Made by a program: the position numbers and the translations under genes. Below, piece by piece: positions 1-15,741 of a DNA stretch of 64,000 nucleotides. How positions within the stretch are numbered: the stretch's first letter is position 1; every line of letters starts with the position of its first letter. The notes beneath the pieces were generated by a model, which saw only the letters and a list, made by a program, of their open reading frames with translations, was not told the origin of the DNA and searched no databases. This stretch comes from Eledone cirrhosa (taxonomy: Eukaryota), in the NCBI GenBank assembly GCA_964016885.1, contig OZ024741.1:377456001-377520000 (forward strand), in the 5' to 3' direction.

Positions 1-3000
1 CACCGGATTCGGGCCTAAAGCGCCTTCACGGGTCGTTCATGATAAAAATTGTGCGGCCTTCAACCAATCAATCAAGTACAAAATTTGGCCTTATATATTC
101 TTGCAATGTTTTAAAAAAAGCGGAAAGTGATTTCATCCACTACCTATGATTAACATTTGGCACTGTTCACTTCCAATCCTTCATTGAAGTTAATATTTTC
201 ATGACATCCTTATGACTTGCCAAAGCTGCTGTTTTTGTTCTTGTTGACATCCCTCTTTTTATTTTGATTAATATTTTTATTATCGTTATTATCTATCGAG
301 CTGCTCATTATCTTTTGAAGTCGCTCGTAGCAGTGAATAATGTTAAAAATATTGAGGGTTTACTTGCAGAATACAAATTGAAAGATAAATGCAACGCAAG
401 TTCTTGAATGTTACTCATAAAACTAAAACACTAATGATATAGTCTTAAAATGTCTGCATAAATGGAAGAGGGAGTTTTCAAAAATTATAACGGACAATAT
501 TTAATATATTTAGGAGAAAATATAATGTTGACTCAAGTATTGAGCAATAGTTTACCAAAGGGCAAGAAGGAAGACACTATCTAACTAAATATTATTTCCT
601 CCGTGTAAACATGCTTAGGTTTTCATCACTGCGAAAGAACAGATAAAACCAAGCCTGAAAGGTATAGTCCGTTACTTTCTCTCCAATTAAAGAAAGTAAA
701 GCACCTAATAATATTTTTGCGAGCGAAAACACAGATCCAAATCACACGAAATTGAGAGGCGTATACTTATCCATAAACGTTTCTGCAGCATTTGTACAAA
801 TATGATTGTACAAGTATGATTGTTAGTTTCGTTGCCATGATATGAACATATTGCCAGCGCGAGGTGGTAAACAATGAAATGTAGACACAAGGGATCCAAA
901 TGGAGTTAGATATTTCATTGAACCTCGGAAGCAAGATATCTTTATTTAACATAACCAAATGAAATTATTTCCATTGCAAGACCTATGCATGTGGTGGGAA
1001 TTATATCAAAATTGTATCCTCTCCATCTCACCATTTCCTGCATTGTTTGGTTTATGATTTTGTATCTATAAACGGAAATGGCAGAATAACACGGATTATG
1101 TTACACGTATAATAGTGTAGTTACTGCAACGTTATTTGCATGTTGCCTCTGGAAAACCATAATATGGTATTATGTATATATTCACCAACTTATATCACAT
1201 TTATTATATTCTGTTGACCCTTATCCTCACAGGAATATTGTACAATTTAATATGATATTTTCGATGAAGGACGAAACTCTAAATATGTTTTCTTTTATAA
1301 AGATTGTTTATTTCATGGGATTATATATATGAAAAAAACAATTCCATATGCGCCGAAAGATTTCAGAATACATAGATAATTTAATTGAGTGAAATAATGA
1401 AAGATACATACAATTTTACAATATATTCGTCGTCGTTTGTATCCCCAGGGTATTGGTTTACTGGCATTCAAAAATCCATATATTTTCTGAAAACGTGCGT
1501 AATTTCTGTGTATTACAGTAAAGTAATAGAAATCAGTATATGACTAGGAATAAAATATACAATGCAAAATTGAAAATCTGCATGTGTCAAATAATTTTAT
1601 GAAGATTATATTACAAATATATAATATATGTTTAAGAATATCGATCCAGACGTTTTTAAATTTAGAAAATTAATTCGAATTGAAAACGTATATATCGAGG
1701 AACTACATTGACATAGTGGTATGAACGTTCCACAAGGGCTGGACAATACAAGGTCTTTAGAGAAGGAATCCCACTCAAGCCTGAGTTTCTGCTCTTCACT
1801 CCTGAAACAAATATATTATTCATCAATAATATATTATACATTTTACTATACGCTTTACTATACCGACATATATAGATGTTAGATTATATATTATCATATG
1901 GATTATCAAGAGCTGGTATAAAGATAGACAATCTATCCAATGGATATGCAACTAGATGACGCCAAATGACTAGAGAATGTGTGATGTATGATTAACGTAT
2001 TTCCTTGGAGAATTTGTAATTTCTTCTATCCCATAATTATTTCATATATTGGAAAAAGGCCACGTTTATAGTTTGTGGGAAAATAAGACAATTAATTAGT
2101 ATATATGATCTTGAGAATGGGGTGGCAAATATGACAGCGATGGGGTTGGAAATTATATATAGAATTGTAGGATATGATATATATGTTTAAAGAACTTTCT
2201 ATAGAAAATAATATTTCTATAATATCCAATGGCTTAATGATGTGTTACGTCATTTTCAAATTTAATTCATGTGTCAATAATTGAATAAGAACGGTAAAAA
2301 TAATCGATAAATAACATATATTATCAATGATTATAGTATAGAGAATGAGTAGGGAAATAAATATTTGCAGAGGGATAAATCACCATTACAATAAATAAAG
2401 GATGTAAAGGCAGGGATATTAACAGCAGAGGTGAATGCATAGAAGTTGTATTTCATTATCTTTAGGCATACACAATCAGAATGTTAAGCAAATGCATATA
2501 TAGAGTATGTTGGGGTAAACCACCCTTTTTATGAAATTTGCTATGATTCTTTACAAATATTGTTTGAGGATTGGCTTGCAATCATTGTATGTGAGACGTG
2601 GTAACGGTTTTAATATATTTATACAAATTCAATACAGAATACCCAGGCAAAAGGTTTTCAGAAGCTGCATATAGTGTGAATTTGAAATTCGCACGAATTG
2701 TGAACTCTGACGAAATGACAACAAATGTTACACGTTGAGTATATATGCATCACATAGGTCAAAGTATATAATTCAAAGCAGATGTCGGGAAATATATGTT
2801 TAACACACAAGGTTATTTTGTATCTACGAGAATCATCAATCAGATAAATCACGCAAAATTATTGAATTCAATGAACAACAATAATTTATATATCGAAAAG
2901 TACTCTTCCGATATGTCAACATATCGTAAATGGAACACTTCTCATACTATTACGCAAAATAACTTCCGAACATCGTTTTGCTTCTAAGATTTTGAGTTAC

Positions 3001-6000
3001 GTCATACAGAACATAACATAAAATACTGTTTTGGACCATATATATATATTCAGCTTTTCATCTTTTCAAGTATCATGTTGTTTCAATGTATTAAATTAAA
3101 TTACTTGTTAATTAAATGCGTAATATTGAAAAAATGGCATCACTTAATTTAAGTAATTATCTTAATTATCTTAATTATCCCATTTGCTTAGGAAAAATTG
3201 ATGTAATTTTTCATTTTCAATATTTAATAAAGGTCTCTTAATATCACATCTGTACCGATAACAGTAATCCGTTTTCCTGTTTGCTATAATTATTAGTAAG
3301 TAAATGTATAATCAAGAAGTGGTGGTTTCGTCTTCTTTAATTAATTATATGTACTATTGTTTGTTGAAGACTATATGAAACACGGCTTCTAACATACAGA
3401 GATGCCTTACGCATCTTCATATTGATTTCTGAATTAAATTCACAATTACTTAAATCACACTCTTCATGCGAGAAAAAAAAGATTTCTTCAATTGTGTATT
3501 TCCGTTGCTTGTAAAAATTAACTTTGATTACATATGAGAACAATACCATAGATGTAAAGAGAATGCTTATTACAATAGTCGTCTTGATTTTATTCTTTCG
3601 TTAAGCTCTCTTTGCGTTTGTTTCTAGATAGTTAAATAGCTGCAATTATTAAGTGAAATAATAACAGTAAAATGAGAATGCATATAGATGTCTTAAAATC
3701 GGATAATATTGAGCAGTTTCTAGAAGCCATATGAAAAACTGGTGAATATAAGGTGTTGTTACTCGATTCATGATTATATGATATGATTATATAAACATAT
3801 CTGACCATCCGCATTCCAGCCGATAACTGTCATACCTTGTTCATATTGTGAAATACTTCGCCAAATATCTTCTTCATACTAGGTCAGCAGGAAGTGAATT
3901 GAAGGAGATTGTGTAGCTGTTTCTATGAAATCAAGACAGAAAAGTGAAATTTCTTCCAAATTGATTAATCGTTGATGCTGTCTAGAAATGGAACATTGTC
4001 TTAAATGCAGTGTCTATGATTTTCGATTAGTGTAGTTACTTTATGAGGCCACATGCTGTTTATAATGAGATTGTTTAACAGCTAATCGTATGTTCTTTGT
4101 TGGGAATGTCAGAAGAAAGCTAGATATTATCAACTTCCAGTTGATTAAATGGTACCGAATATGTGACTGGGAGGTATTTCTTTATTAAATTTTTTCATTG
4201 AATCGTTATTCGATTCCATGCGGACATATAATTGGTGACAAGACGAACATGGCTCTTTGAATGTGAGTCGAGACTAAATCTCCCAATCATTAGATATATA
4301 AAATAAAACAATTGCCTGTCTTAAGTTTAATTAAGATTAAAGAGCATGTGCATTCATACCATAAGAAATATTATTGAATCTCAGTATTATTGAATTTAGT
4401 AATCCTCAGAGGGAAAAGGCTAATTATTATATTATGGTCCAATGAAGAATAACATCATAATACCTAGCTGTATAGAAGTAAATTAATTGACTTCCGTCCC
4501 TATATAACTTACTTTGAATATAAACAAAAGAACTATTGTAATTAAATATAGGAAATTGTTCAGCAAATGGACCGTATACATAAATGTTTGGTTGTCATCG
4601 TTTTAATTTAATTCAGGTCTATTCTGGGTTTGTCTTTTATCTTTACGAATGACGATAAATTTGCTGTATATTTTATCAATAAAGATTAAGGTGATTGACA
4701 GAAATATGTCTTGTAAGATAAGAATTTAGAATAATCAATGGTTGTGATGGACAGTTTCTTTGCGTCATTATCCTAAACAGTCGCTAAATATTTTTATATT
4801 TTCAATTTAGAACGTTAATTATTCGTTGACGATAGAACACTGTTAAGAACACAGTCAATAAATGTTAACATTCGACATGAATTACAATAGTAGCTCTGAA
4901 ACGCGAACGTAGTAGAGCCTGAACTTAATTATTCCTCAAATGATACTTAAAAATCTTAAAACACCAAACAAGTTTTCTGAAATATACATTCGTAGACACT
5001 TGAAAAGCGGGATTTTCAGCGTTGGACAGTTGTTAAGTATATATATTTGCAATTAGACTTATCGATCAGACGTCTATAAATAAGAAGCTGTGTTGCATAT
5101 TAACCCAATCGACAATTATCGGTGTCCCCTCATCATATATTCCATGATCTTTAGTTGGGTTACCAATCGTATCATGATTATCCGCATCTCATTTCTATCA
5201 TATACTGTTTCAATTCTATATCTGGAAAAGGCCTTCTCCATTCTGTCCGCCGGGGCTGTGGAGAAGCCAGCATGTGGGAACCCATTTGCACACCATACAG
5301 AGTGATGGGGAGATGAAGAGAGATAGAGGCGATGACCACGTCCGTATCCTTGTGGTTGTGTTCATTATCTATAGAGTTCATTATATTGGAAGTGACCAAC
5401 CAAATTACGTTTAAAACAAACCCAGCAATTCGAGCCACTCTTTTCACATAAAACAACAGAAAGAACTTTTGAACACGAATCAAATGCGAGACAAAGCACA
5501 AACCCTCCATCTCAGGAATACTTCTGAGAATCATTAGATACATACTATGATATTTAACCTGCTATATAGTTTCCGCGGTATTTTTAATGATTATTTTGTA
5601 TCTATATTTAATTCCGATACTTATACAAATCAAACTACATACAACACCTTATTTATTACTTCTGCTTTATTAAAATCTGTTACTCTTTTCATTTATTTAA
5701 AACATTAAATAAGGTAACTGTTTTAAATGACTCATGCAAATAACATCTATTCACAGAAACGTTTTTTGCATTTCTTTAAAGACAATAGTTTTTCACTTGG
5801 CTAACATTGTACATATTTAGTATCCTGTTTGTATTTATTGCAAAATATATCTTTATGTTACTATTTCTGAACACTCACGTCATGGAAGTTTTACAACATT
5901 CTTGTTTATGTATAGCTCTAAAAATTGAGATAGGCTATGTAAAGAAATAGAATAACATGGTTCATATTCACCTCTTCATAAATATATATGTGTTAGTTTT

Positions 6001-6533
6001 TTATCCATTTAAACCAAGAGAACGAATACTATATTTAACAGTTTTAATGATATAATATTAGCTTTATTGGAAAATACTAGTTCTAACAGCTCTACTAATA
6101 TATTGCAGTTGGTAAATTAATTATGACTTAATATCAAAACAAATAGTATATGTATGTTTCACCATTGCCCGAACAGTTATCAATACATTATGAAATAGAC
6201 AATGTTAAGCGTCCGTATATATTTTCGTTTGATAGTTCTATTCATAAAATGTAGCACATTGTTTATAGTCATTGTATCCAATCATGATATAAAGTTTAGA
6301 TATTCCATTCATGTTAACTTACACATAGCTTTCTAGCAGATAATTCACAGAAGCCTTACCAGTGTTAAATACATATTAAATGAACATATTCGATAGGTAA
6401 TGGATGCCTTGAGCAAGAAACATGTAAAAAGAATGATGCATTTAAACGGTATCATGTGTCGTGTGCGACATTCACTTACACATATAACTAGAAAGTATTG
6501 CAAATAACCACACTTGACGGATATCAGTTCAAT

Positions 6534-6681
<148 letters not shown>

Positions 6682-6949
6682 CTGATATGAGCTTACATAC
6701 TGAGGTATATATGAGGATCATTCGATTCCAGAGTCAGGTTCGATCAATAATAGATCGTTCCTCGAGCCGTTCGATAGTGAAACATATGTAATATGTTACG
6801 ATGCAAAATTGACTCTTTGTTTCTTTAATTTATACTATATATATATATATATATACACACACACAGAGGGACCCACTGTAAGTTGTGGGGTCTATTCTGC
6901 ATGAAGAACATGAGTTATTCCATATATTGAAAATGTTGTAGGTTCAGAT

Positions 6950-8088
6950 AAATCTCAGAAAACAATAAAACATTAACAGGAAAACAGAGTCATGATATAA
7001 GTTAAAACAATGAAATAAAAAATCAAGTCATTAGAGATATACTTCACTGCTTACGATCGTTTCTAGATGGTGATAATACATAGTATCTATACTCAGTTAT
7101 TGATCTAGGTAAGTTTACAAACTATCAGAGAAAGAGAATATTTACTTACATGCATATCACCAGCTGTTTTCAAAAGCAATAATAGTTTTATTCAATAATG
7201 ATTTTACTCAAAATTAGTAGCTTGTTAGTATTATATCCTTATTTGAAGGTAGTTGAAGAGCTAACGAATCAAATTATTTTTTTCATATGGTGTTAAGATG
7301 AAAAGTAATACACTTTAGTTGAGGTCATGACCCTTTGAAAGGAATGGTTGAAGGGTGTTAGTAGAAATGGCATACAAATCTATTAGGAAGGAAGGGGATT
7401 GTCAAACTGATAGTTGAATGTATCTTGTATAGTGAATTTAAAAGGAATGTCAAAATAAATCGTGATTAGTGTTGTATTGAGTGTTAAGATGAATATAAAT
7501 TAATGTTATGGCGAGGAAAGATAGTATATTACAAGATGAAAATTAAAATAAGATAATTGTTTCTACTTTAAAATGCTAAACGTCTGCGTCGGCCGTGAGA
7601 TGTAGTAATGCGATAATATACGACTTAACCAAACAATATAGTACGGTGTGGTAAATTGCACTTAGTAAAATATAACATATTATACGCTCTAAAATATTAC
7701 TAAGTATGTTTATGCATAAACAATCAAACTCAGATAAGTACATGTTGGCATATTTAAAATACATAAATTTCATAGTCTACAGAGTGCATATATCCACACT
7801 ATATATATAGAGAGGTAAGTTATATTGATATCTAACCAAAATATACATACGTACAAATAGATGCAAACATAAACACACATCCACACGCATGCATATAATC
7901 ATATATATATACACATATCCATACATATATATATACACACATACACATCTATACCTCCAAATATACATATACATATACATTTATATATATATATATATAT
8001 ATATGTATACACACACTTATACATACATACATATATACAAATACATACATATACACACATACACATATACATATGTACATACACATAT

Positions 8089-8180
<92 letters not shown>

Positions 8181-8274
8181 ATACACACATATATATATAC
8201 ATACATACATACACACACACATACATATTCAAGCATATACATATATACACATATACACATACATAAATATATAA

Positions 8275-8327
<53 letters not shown>

Positions 8328-9350
8328 AATATACACACACAAATATATTTCCATATCATATATATTTTTACTCATGCAATTACAGGTCGTCGTGTATCTT
8401 GTTGCCTTTAGTCATTAACGCATAAATCTAGGGAAGCTAAAAACATTAAAAGGCAAAAATTAGCATAAAAGCATATAATTAGGGGAAAGAGATACTAATA
8501 AATGTTACTCTATACGGAATTATAGTGAGTTGCTATTTAGAATATTTAATTAGGTTTATAGTATTTAAATGTTTTTTCGTATACGGTGATTACAGACTAT
8601 GATCAATTCCTGTCTTTTATTTAATAGATCGTCCTTAGATTTAGTAATTTCCAAGATCTCTGTGAACATAATCTGCATTCCCTCTTGTTCCTAAGCTATG
8701 GAGTTTTTTGTAGAATGGTGTTCCACGATAATTTGAAATCTATTTTTTTTATTTTTATAATTATTTACCGCTGCAGCTAAATATGTAGTGTTTGCTAGTT
8801 TAGTATTTTTGAAACTACTAGAGTGTGCGTAAAATATTTTCTTAAATGTGTTTGATGTAGATCCTATATATGTTTTTGTTGGAGTCTGTAGTAGACACGG
8901 TGCATTTATATATTACATTATTAATCAAACAGTTTCCATTTAAGGGGAAAATGCTTCTATTTCTGCAATTACAGCCATACGTAAGATGGTTCTTGGGGGT
9001 GGTTTGGTGCTAGATCTGTATTGTTATTTTGTGTTCTGTTGTTTTTGTGTTGGTGATTTGGGTGGTTGAGTTTTCTAGGTTGAAGGATTGTATTATTTGT
9101 CTTTTTAAAATATGCAGTCCTATTTAAATTATGTTGCGGTGGTGAAGTCATATATTTTAAAGTTTATAAATTTTGTAGTTGCTTATTTTTTGTTTGAGAT
9201 TGCTTGATGTAGAGTATGAGAATTTAACAGTATATTTGTTAAATATTTGGTGAAAAATGATTATGTAGTATTTCAAAGAATTTTGGGGGGATTTGTCCAA
9301 TAGTTTGAAGTTTGCATTGGACAAATCCCCCCCAAAAATAATTCTTTGAA
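6950..9350 (-). mobile_element. 5'-truncated Naiad-like PLE (GIY-YIG endonuclease fragment plus long 3' pLTR); left arm of a large fold-back
   Basis: Minus strand 8520-9350 encodes a decayed KYTVKFSYSTSSN...GCNCRNRSI.PLNGNCLINNVI...YIGSTSNTFK..FYAH; 6950-8520 is the reverse complement of 10120-10480 plus 17170-18690. Confidence 0.85.
7044..7182 (-). ncRNA. Type I hammerhead ribozyme, U3-A8 core variant, long stem II
   Basis: Minus strand: TTATTGCT(T)-TTGAAAA-CAGCTGGTGATATGCATG...TATCACCATCTA-GAAA-CGATCG-TA-AGCAGTGA. Confidence 0.65.
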
Positions 9351-10480
9351 ATACAACATAAACATTTCCCACCAAACCACATATACCACCAAACTTTACC
9401 AAATATACTGTTAAATTCTCATACTCTACATCAAGCAATCTCAAACAAAAAGTAAGTAACTACAACATTTTAAACTTTAAAATAATATGACTACACCACC
9501 GCAATATAATTTAAATAGGACTGCACATTTTAAAAAGACAAATAATACAATCCTTCAACCTAGAAAACACAACCACCCAAATCACCAACACAAAAACAAC
9601 AGAACACAAAATTACAATACAACTCTAGCACTAAACCACCCACAATACTATCTTCATTCTCCTGCTATGATTAATTACAATAGGAATAGCTCAAGAATAA
9701 ATGAGAATAGTATAGGCACCCCCCAAAACCATCTTACGTATGGCTGTAATTGCAGAAATAGAAGCATTTGCCCCTTAAATGGAAACTGATTCATAATGTA
9801 ATACATAAATTCACTGTGTCTAGTACAGACTCCAACAAAACACATATAGGATCTACATCATACACATTTAAGAAAAGATTTTACGCACACTCTAGTAGTT
9901 TCAACAATACTAAACTAGCAAACACCACATCTTTAGCTGAAGCGGTAAATAATTATAAAAAGAAAAAAGTATATTTCAAGTTATCGTGGAACACCATTCT
10001 ACAAAAAACTCCATATCTTGGGAACAGGAGGGAATGCAGATTATCTTCAGGAGAGATCTTGGAAATTACTAAATCTATAAGAAAAACATTTAAGTACTAT
10101 AAACCTAATTAAATACTATAAACCTAATTAAATATTCTAAATAGCAATTCACTATAATTCCGTATAGAATAACATTTATTAGTACCTCTTTCTCCTAATT
10201 ATATCCTTTCATGCTTATATTTGCCTTTTAAAGTTTTTAGCTTCCTTAGATTTATGCATTAATGACTAAAGGCAACAAGATACACAACCACCCGTAATTG
10301 CATGAGTAAAAATATATATCTATGTATAATATGGAAATATATTTATGTGTGTATATTTGTGTGTGTATATATATGTATATATGTTTATGTATGTGTGTGT
10401 GTATGTATGTATATGTATATATATATATATATATGTATATATATAGATGTGTATATATATGTATATATATATACACATAT
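9320..10480 (+). mobile_element. Naiad-like PLE endonuclease fragment, right arm of the fold-back (its pLTR resumes at 17170-18690)
   Basis: ORFs 9487-9789 (GCNCRNRSICPLNGN) and 9768-10112 (HIGSTSYTFKKRFYAH...FKYYKPN); frameshifted. Confidence 0.85.
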
Positions 10481-11507
10481 TTGTGTAATATGTGTAATAA
10501 TATTGCCAGAATTAATAACAGAACACACTCACTCTTTGGTTGTTTTTCGCTTCTGTGTCTTTTATATCGGTTATTTTAATTTATTCGGTCCTCAATGTTG
10601 CCATTGACTGACCAATGGTCAAAAATACATATACAATATCGACACATACACTTATATATAGTCTATCAAAGTTTTTCGTTGCACATCTGCAACATCGTCA
10701 GTGTTGCTATTATGTTTCCTCCCGTTGCATTGTATGTTTACGCCATCTTTATTTAGTCTGTTTATTTATTTATTTATTTGTTTATTTGTTTGTCTTCTCT
10801 GCGCATGCGTTTGCGTGTGTGTATAGTGTTTTGTTTGATGTGTGTTCTTGTTTCGGTGACTGTGTATTGGTTAATGTATTCTATCTTAGTTTACTAGTGT
10901 GTGCTTATATGTGTTTGTTGTTATTGGGCTTGTGTATGTATTTATTTATTTATTTATTTATTTATACAGTTCTTAGGCTAGTGTTGTTTGTTTGGGTGTT
11001 GTTGTTATTCCATTCATTTTTTCTGTTTTCTAATTTCTATTTCGCTGGCCTCTCTGATTTGCCTATCTGCAGGGTAATTTCTATGTTTAGATATTATTCT
11101 AACTTCTATGTTGTATATGTTACCGTTGTGTTGTTGTCTGGCATGTTCGTATAGTACTGAACCGTTTTTTCGTCCTTTTAGTTCCCCCCAGTGTTGGTCT
11201 ATCCTTTCACCTATGCTACGAGCTGTCTCACTTATGTATGTTATTGTCATGTTTCTGCAAGTACCCTCTGTACATCTTATGCTATAGAATATGTTTCTAA
11301 TTTTACAGTTTATCCGGTGGTGTACTCTACATATGATACATTTCATATTAGTACAGTGGGTTTTCTTAAAAGAGTAGGTTTTACTGATCAGGGATTTTGT
11401 GGTGGTTCCTGGCTTTTCTACCACCTTAATATTTAAGTGGGTCTTTCTCCCCAAGTATGACAATATTTGTTTCGACACACGATTTCATATCAAAAACCAC
11501 GCAAAAC

Positions 11508-11510
<3 letters not shown>
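10480..11510 (-). mobile_element. PLE GIY-YIG endonuclease fragment (non-Naiad type) with flanking repeat family shared with 41270-41830
   Basis: ORF 11014-11478: C-rich linker CTNMKCIIC...NCKIRNIFYSIRC...YISETARSIGERIDQH...SVLYEH...RQIREASEI; flank aataacagaacacactcactc...gtcctcaatgttgccattgactgacc recurs at 41360-41470. Confidence 0.8.
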
Positions 11511-11540
<30 letters not shown>

Positions 11541-11737
11541 GAATACTATTTATGGTTATGTATATATTAATACTTTTTATATTTATATATATTTTCAACC
11601 CTAAACAGTGAAGGTCAGTAATTAATTACTCCCTTATTACCAGTAAGATAAATAGCTCAATGTAATAACATCAGTTGTTCTACAGAGCAGTTATATAGAA
11701 TTCACAAGAATCAAAGCTATGTTCAAAGCATTTATTA

Positions 11738-11782
11738 ACTTACAATTGTTTCATCCAAACCTAGGCTTGGGGTCTTAGGAGC
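11738..11782 (-). ncRNA. Degenerate minimal type I hammerhead in the 3' pLTR
   Basis: GCT-CCTAAGA-CCCCAAGCC TA GGTTTGGAT-GAAA-CAATTG-TA-AGT; core decayed from CTGAAGA. Confidence 0.55.
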
Positions 11783-13299
11783 ATTTTTCAATGTTTGTAC
11801 ACATTATTGACCTCCTTTCCAAAGCAAGAGACATACAGATACATATGTATATATTGATGTAGAGTGGAGTGACATATATTATATTATATTACTTCTGTAT
11901 AGCAATTCAAATTCAAAGTCAAGATCAATATCAAAATTAAAACAAAATTAAAATTAAAACAAACTTAAAATACATTCGGCAGTTAACATAGATAATGCAA
12001 GAGGATAGTTTGTTAGTCAGATGTAGTAGTTATTGTATGCGTTAGGTATGTGTGTCTCATTTATATATGATTATTGTGTGGCAGGGTGTTACATGTAATA
12101 CAAGCACTTTACGTGGGTAAGTAAGAGTATTACGGAGGTTGGAGTGGTAAGGTATTTTTGTATATGATAAAAAGTATGTGCGCAGAAAATAGAAATAGAA
12201 GGGAGAAGCAAAAGAGAGTTACGGTTTTCGTATCCACCACCATTTTCACATTCAGGAAATGTAATAGATAGTTTATACATCCATCACATAATTAACGAAG
12301 ATTCCATATTGGATGTTTGATACATTAAATTAAACTATTTTAGCTGATTGCGGCTCAGTGTTCTTTAATCCGATTTCATAGGGTAGGTTGTTTCTGTTGC
12401 GAGAATTTACATCGGTTTATTATCCGGAAGTATGTGTGTAATTAAGGTGGGTTAATGCGTGAGAGGAGGTAACTAGCTGATTTCCATAACTAAATTATTG
12501 TTCTAACATACATTAGAAGGTGTCTCAATTGAGTCCCTTCTATAGACGGTTATATATTTATATCCAGTTTCCAATTTTAAACACACTCTACTCTATTATT
12601 ATGTACTAAAGGTATCTATATTAGGGTGATTACTCCCTACCATAGAGTGCTACAATTGGATATTGCATACAAAGAGCCCCATCTTTATATCAAAGTTCCT
12701 TGCAAATATAGTCTACTCACAGAAGATGTCAGGGGACCTATTAGTACTATGTCCACATAACACCTGGTAAGTTTTGGAGCAGCGTATGGCTGTCTGCATG
12801 GCAAGGCCAAATACATCTCTATGGCAGACAAATACATCCGTCCTTTACAATGTCATTAATCTATCCATCAAGTTGTACCTGCATATATATCTCACTTCCT
12901 TGCACTCAAACTATAGGTTATACAGATCTCTTATGTTAATAAATTAATCTTATATATATTCAATGTTATCACTCCATACATACAAATACATTTGCATAAA
13001 TAATTAATTGTCGAATCTGGTGTTTAAATCTTACATAGACTGTATTGTATAATTATAAGTGATACCCCATGAACACCCACCCCTAGTATAACCACCCTCA
13101 ACTACTATATAATTATAAGCGGTTGAAAGTAATTACCCCAAAAGTAGGTGCCCATGGGGATATTTCTAGGGTGTAAAGTTATAGACAGATAGAATGATTT
13201 GTGTTGAGATAGGGTGGATCAGAGAGTGTGGAGTTGTGGTGTAAGCTGTGCCCTTGAGGTGTAGTGTTAGAAGTGGTGATGAGTTCAAGTTTGACATTG

Positions 13300-15741
13300 T
13301 TATATATTGGGTTTAAAGTTTTGAAAGGAGTGTCGGAAGCGGTGCTGGCACGACGTAAACACTTCCGATTTTTTATTAAAGAGGTTATGGTTTAAGAAGA
13401 TTATAGTATGGGTCTCTAGTAGACAGCGGTTGCAAAATTTATTAGGTGGTTTGTACGATGCCGCCTTACCTATCACTTCCCATTTAAGTGTATAAGATCT
13501 ATTTTTAGTTTTGATATAGTGTATGTAGCTAGATAGTGAAGTGGAGTTGGCTAGACCGTGTTTTTTGAAAGAATGGAGGTGTGAATTGTATCTGGTTTTG
13601 AAGCAGTTCGAAGTAGAGCCTATATAGATTTCAGAGGTGTTGCTAGTTATGACGGTGCATGAGTATATGATGTCCTTGATTAAGCAGTTTTTATCTAAAG
13701 GGCAGGTTCTATTAGATCTACAGTTACAATTATTTTGGATGTTAACGTGCCGGTTATTATGTTGTGTCGAAGTCGAGTTGCTAGTTACTGCATTATGGCT
13801 ATGGGGGTTGTCGCTCCCAGCGTTATTGCTTACACTAGTGCTATTACTATTATTACTATTGATATCAGCGTTTGCAGATATAACGTTGTTTAGAAGGTTT
13901 ACCTCCTGCCGTGTTTTAGTTTCTTGGAAGTAAGTATTAATTTTTCTTTTATTGCTACTAGCTATGTGGTATGCTATGTTAGGCGTGTTAGAGTTGGCGA
14001 TTTTAATTGTGTTTTTGTTTATAAGACTATGGTACTTGTGGCCAGATGGGAAGTGTTTATATAGGAGTGAGAAAAAAGCCTTAGGTAGGTTGGTAGAGAC
14101 GTTTAGATTGAAAGGTGGGTTGAAAATTGTATTATTTCTTCTTCTATTTTTGTTTTTTATGTCTGGTGCGATGCTTCCGTTTATGGTATTTTGGTGACTT
14201 CTCTGGTGTGGGTTACGTTTGTTGCCACCCTTCATACTAGTGTGTATGTGGTTATTACTCTTATTACTACTTTTCCTCATGGACATATTGTGCGAAATAA
14301 TGTTGTAACTATGTGTTTTTATAGGTAGGAACTCGTTCTCATTATTATGGCCTGATCTAGCTAATGCCTGATTATAATATTGTGAGTTTTTGCTAAATAT
14401 GTTTTCGTCATGTGTTAGATTAGAGATTCTATTGGATATTCCCTTAGAGATAGAGTTTAATATTGATCTAGTGTGGTTAGACTTGGTATCTACGTAAATC
14501 AGTTTTTCGTTAGGTTTATGGAATGGTGTATATATCCTAGAGTCTAGGTAGAGGGTGGCATCTAGGAAGTTAACGTTTTAGTGTTTTTGTCTATAGTGAT
14601 ACTTAGGTTATAGTTTTTGAAAGTCTTGTGTAATAGTTTTCTAGTTCTTTCTATATTAAATTTGTTATAGTCTATAAGGAGCAGTGCATCATCGCGGTAC
14701 AAACCACGGTTGAGGTATGGAAGGTCCTTATGGATTTCGTTTAGTAAATATAGGCCCACCAAATCAGTGACCTGCCCCGAGTCACTAGATCCCATGGTTA
14801 TGTCGAAGTTGTTTTGCGTATCCTTGCGAGTCCATCAACTGTACTTCAAAAGTGATTACGGTTTTACGGGCCGCAAGTATGACATCAATCTGGGGTCTAG
14901 TCAGGTCACTATTATTCATGGCCATAATTAGTGCCTTATTTAATAGGATAGGGGAAATAGAGGTGTAGTATGAATTGATATCAAATTGAATACATTTTTT
15001 TTTTATCTTTGTTTACCTTGATATCATTGACCCATTCAATAACTTCACCTATATTTCCCTATTGTTTAAGGTATATTTTGTTTTTAATTTGTGGGATGAT
15101 TTCATCTAAAATGTTCTTACTGATAATGCCAATGTCAGACATGGAGGGCAGATTAGTTTAATCGAGTGGTTGCTTATGAAATCCTCCTTATGGTCTTTCA
15201 GAGAGAATCTAGAGGGGTTTGTGGTGTATGGTTGTATATCTCTGAAGTCCTAGTTTGGACACTATACTACGGCTTTCTATATTAATCTCTTCTATTTTTT
15301 TCATAGTAGTTTTCTTGTAGCTCCTATGTAGTTCATTATATATAAACTTTCTATATGTATCATAATCTAGGCTGTATATTTTATTAGTTTTGTCCGCATG
15401 TACAATGATTTTACTACTTGTTTTGAATTCATTAATAGGGGAGTTAAGTTTGTTTAAGAAGGTGTTGTTTTTATTGCGATGTTTTTTGTATTTAATGTTC
15501 TTAACTAGTTTTATTAGGTCATTTTCATAGGAGTTTAGTGGTGTGTTGTGAGGGGGCTTCTAAAAGTTTTAAAGCCGAAGGAGTCGAATTTGTTCGTTTT
15601 GCGCTTATCATAATGGAATGTCCTCCATCTCACCCTATTGATAAAGGAGTTGACACTGTTGATCAATAATTTCTCATATGTATTCTTGGATGGTATTGGT
15701 ATGTTCTTGGTTGACATAGGGAGTTGGTCTTTGATCAGCAT
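13300..15741 (-). pseudogene. Frameshifted PLE ORF (reverse transcriptase + GIY-YIG endonuclease)
   Basis: ORF-track pieces 15535-15741, 14562-14795 and 13300-14286 are collinear in the expected domain order. Confidence 0.9.

Noticed and set aside
9787-9789. TGA at the Cys of GNCL as a selenocysteine codon
   Set aside because: The inverted twin near 8925-8940 reads aac tgt ttg att, so the TGA arises from a small deletion and frameshift
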